A stretch of 64,000 nt of DNA from Octopus sinensis. Its lineage: Eukaryota. Position numbers and translations under genes: made by a program. Positions 12,150 through 24,406 of the stretch are shown here, piece by piece. The notes under the pieces were generated by a model. The model was not told the DNA's origin. It saw only the letters and a program-made list of their open reading frames with translations, and made no database searches. Location: contig NC_043011.1 of assembly GCF_006345805.1 (NCBI RefSeq), positions 61,144,464-61,208,463 on the forward strand, given 5' to 3'. The stretch's first letter is position 1; the number at the start of each line of letters is the position of its first letter.

Positions 12150-12394
12150 GTATATATATATAAGAATAAAAGAATATGTGTGTGTGTGTATATATATTAA
12201 TTCTCAATATTCTACTAAAGGCGCAAGCGGCGTGTGGTTGAGTGGTAAGAAGTGTGTGTATGTTTGCACGTTCGTTACGTAAATGTATGTCTATGTGTGT
12301 CTGTCCTAGTATATATATATGTAAGTGTATGTGAGTATGTGTGTGTATCAGTGTATGTGCGATTGTATGTGTGTGTGGGGGCTTATGCGTGATT

Positions 12395-13191
12395 ATCAAT
12401 TACACTGATGTAAACTGGTTAAGTGAAAGAGTTATACTGGCTCCGACTAATGAAATGGTTGATTAACTCAATCGTGAAATTCTTCAAAAGTTAACAGATA
12501 CATCAGAAATGACTTTTCCATCAATTCACACAAAAGTCGATCAAAATCAGGCTGTTCAATGCTCTGCTGAATTTCTGAAAACATTTAAACCCACTGCGAT
12601 GCCACCGCGTAACTTGGCACTAAAGCCACATGCTCCCATTATGTTGCTTAGGAATTTTGACCCAACTCGCCTGCATAATGGAACGCACGTTATTGTTACT
12701 TCCATGAAGCCATATGTCCTGCAGGCAACAATCATAAGAGGTAATCACAAAGAAGAAAATGTCTTTATTCCAAAATTTCCTCTCATGCCTACAGATGTTT
12801 AAGAGGCTTTAGTTTCCAGTCAAATTAAGTTTTGGTATTTCGATTAATAAATTCCAGGGTGAATCCCTCAAGGTAGCTGGACTTCATCTTTCTACAGCAT
12901 GCTTCTCCCACGGCCAAATCTATCTTGCATGCTCACGAGTTGGAAGCAGCAACAATTTCTTCACATGGACACCAGCAAAGAATTACACAATGAATATTCT
13001 TTACCCTAAGGTGATTCAAGATTGACAGATTTTCAGTTCTAAATTCTATCATCATTGCAATTTGGATATTTTTTAATAACGTATAGATATTTTGAAATAA
13101 TAATGAGAAAAAAAAAATATATATATATCTCCATATCTAACGTTTTCTAATCTGAATAAGAAATCCGAGAAACGCCGGGTAATTCAGTGAG
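12395..13191 (+). mobile_element. Helitron 3' fragment: decayed PIF1-type helicase C-terminus plus terminal hairpin
   Basis: ERVILAPTN...MPPRNLALKPHAPIMLLRNFDPTRLHNGT...FPVKLSFGISINKFQGESLKVAGLHL...FSHGQIYLACSRV, with stops and frameshifts. 3' hairpin tccgagaaacgccggg (13164-13180), then a degenerate CTAG-like end. Confidence 0.9.
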
Positions 13192-13274
13192 TACATAATA
13201 TATATATATATATGTATGTTATATATATATATATATGTATGTTATATATATATTATATGCACACACAAGGTCCA

Positions 13275-13975
13275 CCCACATATATATCTGCAGGCTTTGC
13301 GCTGTGACCGTGTATTTTATTCTCCATCAACGTCGTTCCGCGTTCCTTTCAACCAATCGCCACTTTGGACAAGAGTTTTTATATTCTTGGCTTGTCTAAT
13401 GCTTTATATTTATTATATTTTCTTTTGTGCAAATATGCAAGAGGGAGACAAGCTTGCCGGACCCCATTCGCTTCAATTAATGTGCTCTGGAAATTCATGA
13501 ATGCCAATGTTTCATTTCCTTCTGTTCTGGGTCTGTCGGGGATTTTGTACATAGTAGAGACTCAACATACGATATTTGGTTTTAATGCAGAAAACATCCA
13601 CCTTATACAATTGATTCCAGTAACTCCATTTCCCTTACACAAACGATTCTTGCAATTCCATCGCACTTATACGACTTATATCTAAGCAGCTTCGCTTCGA
13701 TCCTGGAATTCTTTCTCAAATTCCGCCTTACATGCTTCAAAGCGTTAGTTACGATGTGAACAGCTTTCGAAAGCAGAATTACTACAGTAAAATTTAGTAG
13801 TGAGTTTCCGACTGTACCATCGAGAAAGTCTGATGTTACATTATTAAACATCAGGGGAGTTGCGTCGGTCGCAATAAAAAGCATAGCGCATATTCTGTTA
13901 ATTCTATTGTCTTCTAGTGGAATTGTTCCATTATTATGTTTTGAAAGCTAATACATCGGGGTTTGCCTATAAATG
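13275..13975 (-). mobile_element. Decayed DNA-transposon-like fragment, possibly MULE/FLYWCH
   Basis: One frame gives RWNCKNRLCKGNGVTG, resembling the FLYWCH W-x-C...C-K-G motif. Many stops. Confidence 0.3.
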
Positions 13976-13981
13976 TTTTGG

Positions 13982-14434
13982 CAGGGTACTTAAAAGTTTC
14001 TTATTTCTTTATTGCCCACAAGGGGCTACACACAGAGGGGATTATCAAGGACAGACAAAGGGATTAAGTCGATTACATTGATCCCAGTGCGCAACTGGTA
14101 CATTATTTATCGACCCCGAAAGGATGAAAGGCAAAGTCGACCTCGGCGGAATTTGAACTCAGAACGTAGCGGCAGACGAAATACCGTTAGGCATTTCGCC
14201 CGGCGTGCTAACGTTTCTGCCAGTTAGCTGCCTTTAATTTCTGGCTTTAAGGGTGTCGTGAAAGGCCTGGTTGGAGGCCCAATATTCCGAGATCTTTTCC
14301 AGGGCTTCGAAAACTGAACGAATGCTGCAATAGGTGTCAGAATCTTAGAGGGGAATTCGTTGAATAATATCATAATCAACTGATCCTTCTGTATTTCCTT
14401 TTACTCAAAGCCAGGAACTTTGCAGCATCTCTCA
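13982..14434 (+). mobile_element. Mariner-derived MITE interrupted by a SINE
   Basis: Left TIR agggtacttaaaagtt|...|tttctggcttt is split by the SINE. Right TIR aaagccaggaactttgcagcatctctca. C-terminal remnant CCNRCQNLRGEFVE*. Same family as 18770-18959. Confidence 0.7.
14000..14235 (-). mobile_element. SINE family A, full length, nested in the MITE TIR
   Basis: Reverse complement matches 11266-11500. Confidence 0.9.
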
Positions 14435-15731
14435 TACATCCTCATCTAACCTTAAAGCGCAAAGAAATGTGAAAGGCTTCCTTCGAAATTTTTAAACTGT
14501 ACTCTTTTGCTTGAAGAAACGCGGGAAAAATTTGGACCAATTATTTGTTTTAAACACCATTATTTTATTTTATCGAGCCTAGAAGAATGAAAGTCACCGC
14601 TGAGTATGACATGATTCGAACTCCCACATATATAGCAAGCCATTTTGCCAGACGTTTCAATGATTGAACAGATCTATAATTCAATACATTCCACCTGTGA
14701 TCATCTTGTCCTTTCTCAGAAGTAGTTGCTCCAAAACCGTATTACCCAAACTGTCGCTGCACCTTTGAAGAGGATTTGATGCGATTTGAAGATGTTTTAG
14801 TTGCTGTTTCTAGCAGGTTGAGAACCCACATCAAAGCCCACCCTATTGGTCACTTCAATAAACTGTGTATTGCTGTTATTTATCTCTTTTGCCATGATAC
14901 TCTAGATATATATCCAAAAAGTATTCCAGCAATAATAAACATCGAATTTTCTTTTTACATGAGATATCGTGTACGTAGGAATAGATTATATAATGGTTTT
15001 CCATTTGTAAGACGATAAGTTTTTATTTGTGGGATATTAAAGTGTTATTTATATTTTGATTGAGCGACCGTATAGATTTCCTTATACTATGAGTCACGAT
15101 ACATATGTTTTTTCCAGGTTTCTCATTGGTTCATGAATGCTACGTCCCCAAATGGAGAAGGTGCACCATTAAATATGAACATTCACATAAAGTTCCAGTT
15201 AACTTTATTGGGTATATCACTTAATGCGAAGATAGAAGCAAACGTTATGACTCACAATCAAAATAAATTAGCTTGCCTCATTAAAGTCAAATCAGTCACT
15301 ATCATGGCATGACTCACACACACACACATACATTCATACGCACACACATACACGCTAACGTAGAGAGAACGAGAGAGAAAGTAATCAATTTGTTGGACAT
15401 CATCAAAACCCAAACGCTATCTCCAATTGTCTGCAGCAATAACTCTCAGACACCCACACCCTTAAATCATTAACCAAATATTTATTGGCATCATGCAGTT
15501 GTCTCAAATCACAGCAGTTAAACTTGCAGCCATCTTTATCCGTATCGCATTGATTGTTTATTATCAGGAACACTAATCTCTTGTTAAGTTGCTTCTCCGA
15601 ACCACACTGGCGGCCATTACATTTCTAATTGACTGAACTGGTGAAATTACGTGAAACCATTAGACATTCTTATGGCAGACATTTTGATATTATGGGTTAT
15701 AACAAGCTCCATTCGCGCAGATCTGCGTCTA

Positions 15732-16200
15732 TATATGTATGTATGTACGTATGTATGCATGTATGTATGTATGCATGTATGTATGTACGTATGTACGTAT
15801 GTATGTATGTATTGTATGTATGTATGTATGTATGTATGTATATGCATGTATGTATGTATGTATGTATGCATGTATGTATGTATGCATGTATGTATGCATG
15901 TATGTATGCATGTATGTATGTATGTACGTATGTATGCATGTATGTATTTATGCATGTATGTATGTACGTATGTACGTATGTATGTATGTATGCATGTATG
16001 TATGTATGTATATATGCATGTATGTATGCATGTATGTATGTATGTATGTACGTATGTATGCATGTATGTATGTATATATGAATGTATATATGCATACATA
16101 TGTATATATACAGATGCGTGTGCATGCATTTGTATATGTACATAAATATACAAAATATACATATACATGCATTCATACATACATACATATATATATATAA
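15732..16200. repeat. Compound (TATG/CATG/TACG)n tetranucleotide array
   Basis: Direct inspection. Confidence 0.95.
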
Positions 16201-16734
16201 TAATATATAATGTATGTAAATTATGGGGATTAAAAAATTAGAATAATTTATTACCAGCGGTTCGCATACATAATAAGACATAAGGCAACATATAAATCTC
16301 TATACATTCTTATATAACGTATGTATGAATGAAAGTATGTATGTGTGTATTTATGTATGTTTGTATGTATATATGTAGGAATGAGTGTATGTATATATAT
16401 GTATGTATATGTATGTATGTATGTGTATGTATGCATGTATGTATGTATGTATGTAACTTAATAGCTGAGCAAGCACGCAGTTTATTTTTAATCAATAATA
16501 TATTATAACTCCGTACGGACACAACTTAATAAAAATGGCTACAGTTCGTGAAAGGGCATTGAGTGTTGTTACAGCTATTGATTAGCTTACAGTATTGAAT
16601 AACTTACAGGTGAGACGTGATCGAATAGACCTATGATCTGAGACTACCTCTACATGACTATTCAGACATTTTACTCTTCGCTTCTCTCGGAATACATTAT
16701 TCAATGTATGTTTCCTTTCTTTTAATAATGTAAT

Positions 16735-16873
16735 AACGGCACGGAAACCTCTGCGGCAAGACGTTTCCTTCCAATCCACATCGTTCCGAGTTCAGTGCCA
16801 CTGCGTTGCACCTTGTACAAGTGTCTTCTGCTTAGTAATTGGTAAGCAGAAACTGGAAGTTGTCCGTCGTACA

Positions 16874-16875
<2 letters not shown>
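16735..16875 (+). mobile_element. SINE family B, partial
   Basis: gagttcagtgccactgcgttgcaccttgtacaagtgtcttct matches the family B head and core. Confidence 0.65.
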
Positions 16876-16946
<71 letters not shown>

Positions 16947-16957
16947 GTGTATATATA

Positions 16958-17116
16958 GGGAGAGTTTACGAAAAAAACAAAAGACGAAGACAGGTTGTGC
17001 ACAAAACAAACAGATGTATTAGTATAACGCTCAGGAATAGAAAAAGTCTTTTACATTTCGAGCCCACGCTCTTCTACAGAAAGGGACACAGAAAAAACAA
17101 GGAGAGAAAAAACGAC
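16958..17116 (-). mobile_element. Short HHR-like repeat (family H1) between (TA)n tracts
   Basis: Minus strand CTTT-CTGTAGAA-GAGC(gtgg)GCTC-GAAATGTA-AAAG at 17048-17083. Confidence 0.65.
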
Positions 17117-17156
17117 CTATATATATGAATATATATATATGTATATATATATATAT

Positions 17157-17203
<47 letters not shown>

Positions 17204-17256
17204 ATATATATGTATACATATATATGTATATATATATATATGTATACATATATATG

Positions 17257-17314
<58 letters not shown>

Positions 17315-17346
17315 GATATATATATATATATATATACATACATATA

Positions 17347-17545
17347 TGGACGAAGCAGAGCAAGAGCACACAAAAAAACGGAAGGTGCCGGTGGAGAGGT
17401 CACAATTTTGTGACGAAAGATTTCCGGATAATGAACATGAGTTAAAATAAGAAGAGTAATAAATGAGTGAAGAAGGAATATAAAGTCCGTGTTTATATTT
17501 GGCAAAAAAAAGAAATCAAGATCATCCCGTAATATGACAACGTTT
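17347..17545 (+). mobile_element. Short HHR-bearing repeat (family H2)
   Basis: CCG-GTGGAGA-G-GTCACA(attt)TGTGAC-GAAA-gatt-TC-CGG at 17388-17427. Homologous to both arms of 49205-49560. Confidence 0.65.
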
Positions 17546-17929
17546 GTTTCATCAAATGGTTTCACATCAGGAATCTTGTATGTGTGTGTGTGATAGATAG
17601 ATAGATAGATAGAGAGAGAGATAGAGATAGAGAGAGAGAGAGAGAGAGTGAGATAATATTAAATATTAAGGAAATGGGAGATAGTGTGTGTGTATATACG
17701 TATGTACACGTATATACACACATACATGCATGGATAAATACATGCATACATATCTATACGCATACACACAAACATACACATACGTGTGTGTAAGTTTATA
17801 CACATAAATGTATATGTATGTATATAGAAAGATAGATAGAGAGGCTGGTAGATACATTCATGGATAGACAGATAGACAGACATACACACAAACAGGGAAT
17901 AGATAGAGAAATAGAGAGATAGAGTGATA

Positions 17930-17949
17930 GATCGATAGATAGATAGATA

Positions 17950-17991
<42 letters not shown>

Positions 17992-17992
17992 G

Positions 17993-18047
<55 letters not shown>

Positions 18048-18048
18048 G

Positions 18049-18122
<74 letters not shown>

Positions 18123-18134
18123 GAGGTAGGTAGG

Positions 18135-18195
<61 letters not shown>
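17930..18195. repeat. (GATA)n microsatellite
   Basis: Direct inspection. Confidence 0.97.
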
Positions 18196-18357
18196 TCCAG
18201 GGACTGTTTAGTTCAGCAAATCTATTTCTGGCTTCTTAGGATAAAGAATACAATAGACATTTCATTTATAATCGCTAGTTCAGTGAATTTTATCAATCTA
18301 AAGAATATAGAGTAAACGTCTATGCTTGTGCGCGCATGTTTATGTGAGTGTGTGTGT

Positions 18358-18397
<40 letters not shown>

Positions 18398-18769
18398 CTG
18401 TGTCTGTGTGTGTCTGTGCGTCTGTGTATTGATATCGATGAATAATCAGTACATCATAAAAAAAGCTTCTGCTGATATTTAACCTTCAATTCGAACGTGT
18501 CTGCAAACACCCACAACCAATTCGTTAGTTATTCATAAGATTTCATAGAAATGTACGCTAACTGGTTCATGCATTATCTTTTATCTTTACGACTTTTTTT
18601 CCATATTGTACCGATACCATGTTTTAGGGCAATTTGTTTGGAACAAAGAAAAGGTGGGGATGGGGGACACGTGGGATGGAGAGTCGCTGAAAAGGTCACA
18701 TATATATGTGTGTGTGTGTGTGTGTGTGTCTGGATGTATGAATATATGTATATGTATATATTACGTATA

Positions 18770-18959
18770 TGAGGTGGGTGCTGATAAGTTTCTAGCTTTG
18801 GTCAAAAAAGAAAATAAATGAAGACCCTTCTCAGATCCCCACACTTGCTTCAGCGCAACCTCATCTTTTCTAAGCCCTGTCATAGAACCTGGCGGATTGG
18901 TTTTCCAACCAGGCCTTTCGCGATGCTCTTAAGGCCGGGAACATTTCAGCATCTTCTCG
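18770..18959 (-). mobile_element. Mariner-derived MITE
   Basis: Imperfect TIRs gaggtgggtgctgataagtttctagcttt / aaggccgggaacatttcagcatcttctcg. Interior is the reverse complement of 14238-14434. Confidence 0.7.
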
Positions 18960-19639
18960 TGTATACACACACCCGCGCGAGCGTTCCCCCTCCACTCACA
19001 GATATCAATGAACTTTCGAATAGTTACGGTGCCACCGTGTCAATGATCCCTTTGCTGTTGTTGCAACAAATGGTTTGACATTACTTAAAATACACTTAAA
19101 CTGAATATAGACTTGTTTTATTGAACGACTGGAAAGTTTCTTTGACGATGTAATTACTATCTTCACAGAACAATGCGAAATTCTTCGTTGGTTTAGCTGC
19201 TTAACCTTCAGTGAACTCTTTTGCTGCTAATACATAAAATCATAAGAATTCTTAATCACAGACAATTTGTATAAATCGGTTTATTTGAAGGACAGTCTGT
19301 GATGTACGTGAGGTCGGTTAAAGTTTTTTGTGTGACATTGAAACATCTGGAATATATTCTCTGCTCGTTGGCTCGAATATACAGTGAGGAATATAAATGT
19401 GGATCGTTCAGTTTTTTTTATCTGTAGTGATACATAACGAAGCCTATTCAAACCAGCATGATTTGAAATAACATTAGCAGAACTGATGGCTTCATTACCT
19501 GACTGTTTATATTGTTACCTGTCCCTCGATCGATCCTGATCAAAAGAGAGAAAGAAAGAGAGAGAGAGGAGCAATCCTCTGGTGATAAACATTCAATCTA
19601 TGATTATTTTGTATTTAAGAGTATGTAGGACTATCTTAG

Positions 19640-19925
19640 TGGAGACACATGGCCTAGTGGTTAGAACAGCGGATTCGCGGTTAGAGGGATCGCGGGTTCG
19701 AATCTCAGACCGGGAGATGAGTGTGTCTATGAGCGAAACACCCAAGCTCCACACGGCTCCGGCATCAGGTAATGGCGAACTTCTGCTGACACTTTCGCCA
19801 CAACTTTCTCTCACTCTTTCCTCCTACATCTTGCTACTCGCCTGCGATGGAGCGGTGTCCCGTCAAGGAAACCAGGAAACCGGCCCTATGAGCCAGGCGT
19901 GGCTCGAGAAGGAACAAACAACAGG
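19640..19925 (+). mobile_element. tRNA-derived SINE family E
   Basis: A box tggcctagtgg, B box gggttcgaatc. Body homologous to 20789-21090. Confidence 0.85.
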
Positions 19926-20284
19926 ACTATCTTATCCAAAGCATACTTTTTATTTTAATTTCGTGCACTGTGTGACTACGTACAAGCTCTCTCGCGACAC
20001 TGCAGTGATTGAGTCAACAGTGCCATTTGCGTGTAAATAACATTTACTATTCGCAAAATTTTACCAGCCGCATCCTAATGGAATGATTAGGATGTCGGGT
20101 AAAATGTTTAGCAGCATTTCATACGGCTCTTTCATTACGTTTCAAGTTCAACTTTCCTTTAGATTTTTCGGGGGGGGGGGGTCGTTAAAATAAAGTACCA
20201 ATGAGGTACTTTATTTTACGGTGGGGGTGATGTAATTGGCTGGTCCCGTCTAAACTGAGTCTAATACCTTCTCCAGAGATGTGA

Positions 20285-20620
20285 GAATGAATTCCAGCGT
20301 GGGGTCGCTTTCAGAACGCCTGCTATGTCCCTTCCTCATGGCCATGACTTCGTAGCCACCGTTACAGATTTCTCTGTCACGTTTGACATCCTTGAAACAT
20401 TCTCAGGGCATTCAGCAGCAATAATGATACCGACGTTATGATACCAGGTGTAAACCACCATGAAAGAGGTAACTCCTCCAATATTCAGATGGCTTCCCGT
20501 CCTCCATATCAGTTAATATTTCCTCAGCTACAAACTAAACTTTTATGCTCGACAACGGTGTTGAATGATCATCAATACATCAAGCAGTCCCCTCAAATTT
20601 TGCCCAATCAACCCGAACAG
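20285..20620 (-). mobile_element. 5' fragment of a Tc1/mariner (maT-like) transposon
   Basis: Minus-strand remnant RKGHSRRSESDPTLEFI resembles maT N-terminal RKxHxRRSDxIRTPEFI. TIR-like end gggttgattgggcaaaatttgagggg. Confidence 0.4.
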
Positions 20621-20788
20621 AGAGAGGGAGAGGGGGATAGAGATAGAGAGAAAGAAAAGATTGGCAAAACCTACGCCCGACAAGTGTGTACTTTGCTATG
20701 AATTGTAGGATTATTTGTTTGACGTTACTTATCTTTAGCTAAATAACAAAACATACGTTGTAATTTCTAGCTAGTATGTGACTAATGG

Positions 20789-21090
20789 TGGAGGTGCAAT
20801 GGCCCAGTGGTTAGGGCAGCGGACTCGCGGTCGGAGGATCGCGGTTTCGATTCCCAGACCGAGCGTTGTGTGTTTTTATTGAGCGGAAACACCTAAAACT
20901 CCACGAGGCTCGGGCAGGGGGAAGGGTGGCAACCCCTGTTGTACTCTTTCGCCCTACATTTCTCTCACTCTTTCTTCCCGTTTCTTGAGTAACGCTGCGA
21001 TGGACTGCCGTCCCGTCCTGCTGGGGGGAACACATACGCCACAGAAACCGGGTAACCCTGAGTAGGCTTGAAAAGGGTACATAAAAAAAA
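20789..21090 (+). mobile_element. tRNA-derived SINE family E
   Basis: A box tggcccagtgg, B box ggtttcgattcc, conserved ctgcgatggactgccgtcccgtcc, A-rich tail. Confidence 0.85.
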
Positions 21091-21619
21091 TGTGATTAAT
21101 GGCTGATTAATCATAATCCAGGCACGGAATATTTTGTGAGACCTGAATAAATTCCTCATCATACATAATATAACATTACGTTTCGCAGTATTTCCTTAAA
21201 AAGCAAAATGATGGAATTTGGAATGTATTCCTCGTCGATTAAAGGGATCCGCTGTTTGCTTATTCTAATGTAAATTGAGACCGAAAAGAAAGACATTTTA
21301 GGCAGCAGTTGTATATCATAAGTTGAGTAGATGGAAATAGAAATGAGAGTCAAATAAACAAGTATTTTACAAGAATAATTTTAAAATCTCAAAAAAAAAA
21401 TGAAATAGGGAATAGGAAATAAGAAGAATGTTCATCCTTAAAATAATTATGAAATGCAATTTGTAAAGAAATCTTGGCAAAATTGCTTCAGTCGAAGCAA
21501 GAATATTAAATGTAGAAAAGCATGTGAGATAAAGAATATGAATTAATAAGGGAAAAAATTTCTTAGAATATGGAAACGCATATTAAGCATTGTTGAAGCA
21601 TTTGCCGTTGTCTTGGAGG

Positions 21620-21739
21620 GAGATGAATTAGAATAGAAGAGAGGCGGAGAGTTAGAATGAGGAAGAGATATATATAAGATAAGGCGGAAGAAGATAGAAG
21701 GCAAAATGAGAGAAAAGAAAAAGAAAATGAAAGTGAGAC

Positions 21740-21770
<31 letters not shown>

Positions 21771-21812
21771 GGGAGAAAGCGAGTGAGAGAGAAAGAGAAA
21801 GAGAAAGAAAGA

Positions 21813-21843
<31 letters not shown>

Positions 21844-22494
21844 GTGTATGATATATAAGATGTGAAAATAGGGAAGTGAGATAGGATGGAAGAGTAAAAT
21901 AGATAAAATAGATTTTGTACAGAGTGAAGGAGAGAAAAAAACCCGGAAAAATCAAAGGAGAGAAGAGAAAGAGAGAGAAAGATGAAATAATAAGAGAGAA
22001 GATGGCAAAGTTGGGAAACCAGAGAGAAAAAAGAGAGAGAATGGAGGAGACAATGGGAAAATTGAGAGGAAGAGAGAGAGAGAGAGAGAGGGAAGGAAAG
22101 AGAGAGTGAGGGAGAGAGAAAGGAGGAAAGAAAAAAAGAGAGAAAGAAAACGAGAGCTGAGATAAAGAGAAAGAAAAAAATAAAAAGAATAAAAACAAAG
22201 CAGATGATATAAGCTGAGAGAAAAGGAAGAGGTAAAGCAGAACAGAGGAAAAATGAGAGAGAAAGAGAGGGAAAGAGTGAGAGAAAAGCAGAGGGAGGGA
22301 GAGAGAGAGTGAAACAGAAAGAGTGAGGAAGAGAGAGGGAGAGATGAGTTGAGATGAGAGAAAAAGGTTACATAAATGAAAACGCGAAAAGCCTCGAGAA
22401 AAAGAATGGTGGACAAATAGAAAGAGACGAAGAGCAAAAAGATAAAGAAACGTAGAGGAATAAAAAGGAGAGTGTAAGTGATAAAAAGAGAGCT

Positions 22495-22534
<40 letters not shown>

Positions 22535-22685
22535 AGTGAGAGAGAGAGACAGAGAGAGAGAGCTAGTGAGAGAGAGAGAGAACTATGTGCACAACGAAAG
22601 TGACAGATATAAGCGAAGAGGAAAAAAGAGAGGGGATCAAAAAGAAACGAATGAAAGAAAGAGAAGAGGCGGGAAAATAAACAAG
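21620..22685. repeat. ~1-kb purine-rich (GA/GAA) low-complexity tract
   Basis: Direct inspection. Confidence 0.9.
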
Positions 22686-22929
22686 TCATTATTAATAGAG
22701 ATGAGGTTTTGGATTTTATTTCCAGTAACGTGACAAATGCCGATGCCAGGTAAGTTGAGGTTTATGTGAAAGGCAGGTGAAGTTATTAGCAATAATTCTT
22801 TCTACTGAAGATAAAAGGCATAAAATTTGTGGGAAGGGAGCGAGTCGATTACATAGACCCTAGTATATGACGAGTACTTAATTTATCCACCCAGAACGGA
22901 TGAAAAAGCAAAATCGACCTGGGCGGAAT

Positions 22930-22981
<52 letters not shown>

Positions 22982-22985
<4 letters not shown>

Positions 22986-23320
22986 GTAAAGACCCCCTTC
23001 GGTCAGGCACTGACCATGGGTTTGCACCTAGAGAGATACCCTCTAAGGCACAGTCTGGGCAAGGTTGTTTTATGGAAGACCAGCAGTCGCCCATGCATAC
23101 CGGCCTCCCCTCTCCACGTCACCGATGTTGTCCAAGGGAAAGGCAAGGGCCGATACAGCTTGGCACCAGTGACGTCGCAACTCATTTCTACAGCTGAGTG
23201 AACTGGAGCAACGTGAAATAAAGTGCCTTGTTCAAGAACACAACACGCAGCCCCGTTCGGGATTCGAGCTCACAACCTCACGATCGTAAGCTCGACGCTC
23301 TAACCACTGAGCCATGCGCC

Positions 23321-23324
<4 letters not shown>
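22982..23324 (-). mobile_element. tRNA-derived CORE-like SINE family D with RTE-like tail, flanked by (TA)n
   Basis: Minus strand tgaaggcgcatggctcagtggttagagcg...gagctcgaatcc...gtgttcttgaacaaggcactttatttc...tgaccgaagggggtctttaccttt. Long (TA)n on both sides. Confidence 0.88.
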
Positions 23325-23357
<33 letters not shown>

Positions 23358-23366
<9 letters not shown>

Positions 23367-23720
23367 AACTGCAAAACCAAGGGCACTGTATACCAAATTG
23401 AGTGCCAAGAAGGAGCTTGCGCGACTAATCCAGAGTCATACATAGGTGAGACTTCTAGGAGTATCAATGATAGGTTCAAAGAATACCTGTGGACAACTAC
23501 ATTGAAAGGAAGCCAAACTCCATCTTCTATCAACATTCTGTAGACTGCCACAAGGGATCCTTAGGGAAACTTAAGTTAAACATCCTATCAACACATCCCA
23601 CCAATGTAATGATGAGATAGGTCACAGAAGCTGTTTGTATACAAGAATACAAACCTACTCTCAACCGAAAATCCGAATGGGGTAACATCCAGATCCCATT
23701 CAGGGGGACCATTCTATAAC
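23358..23720 (+). mobile_element. Penelope-like element GIY-YIG endonuclease fragment (pseudogene)
   Basis: NCKTKGTVYQIECQEGAC...YIGETSRSINDRFKEY, then after a frameshift ...VTEAVCIQEYKPTLNRKSEW. These are the PLE GIY-YIG motifs (VY-x-I-x-C, YIGET-x-R, EA...P-x-LN). Confidence 0.88.
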
Positions 23721-24029
23721 CACCTCTCTCTCTCGTTTACATGTAATCCTTACATACAAGTTGCAATGCGTGGTGCTAAAACACTTATGTGCAGTTATAT
23801 ATAACCGTATGGGCGTACGTTGTTTGTTGCGTATGTGCGTGTATGGTGCTATAAAAAAATGCACATGCATGCACGTATGAGCATGTATGGGTGTATGTAT
23901 GTATTGTATATGTATGCGTTTATGCATATATATAATAATTTATATAAAAAAAAGAGCAGATAGGTTAATATAATGCATGTTCGATTTTTTAACCGTTGCC
24001 CTTGAATACTGTGTCATATTTTGTATATA

Positions 24030-24406
24030 CACTTGCGTCAGAAATTAATTAGCACTTCTCAAATTTCTACATTAAATAGGTTAAATCAATTAACCTATGA
24101 GCTGTTCAAAACGTCTTACGCGATGAGAAAACTTAGTATGGTGTGATTTCGGTCCTTGCGAGGCGCTACCTATATCTATTAAACAAAGGAAGATTTGTCT
24201 GCATTCGCACTCCAAGTTGTTGCACTGCTATGTCAACATCATAAGGCTGTAGACTCTCAAACTGCTCTGCAAACAAAGTTACGTCATCGTTCTGCGCAAC
24301 AGTGAACTCCCAACAAAGCAATAGTTCGAGATATTGCCACTAGGTGACAACACATACCTTGAGTGAAGAGCAAATCAAGGGTGCTAATTAATTTCTGACG
24401 GTAGTG
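24030..24406. mobile_element. Tc1-type MITE with TA target duplication
   Basis: 26-bp TIRs cacttgcgtcagaaattaattagcac / gtgctaattaatttctgacggtagtg (2 mismatches). TA at 24028-24029 and 24407-24408. Confidence 0.88.

Noticed and set aside
12042-12250. Functional U6 gene
   Set aside because: Upstream is microsatellite and a SINE remnant with no recognisable PSE, there is an ISL deletion, and a LINE tail lies downstream. A retrocopy is more likely, though expression cannot be excluded from sequence alone.
12509-12802. Host PIF1 helicase gene
   Set aside because: Intronless, disrupted by stops and frameshifts, and followed by a Helitron terminal hairpin.
22795-22830. CTGAAGA as a hammerhead core (also at about 6531, 35517 and 50445)
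   Set aside because: No stem II or GAAA-NUH in the right spacing. The 22805 case is a mutated SINE tail.
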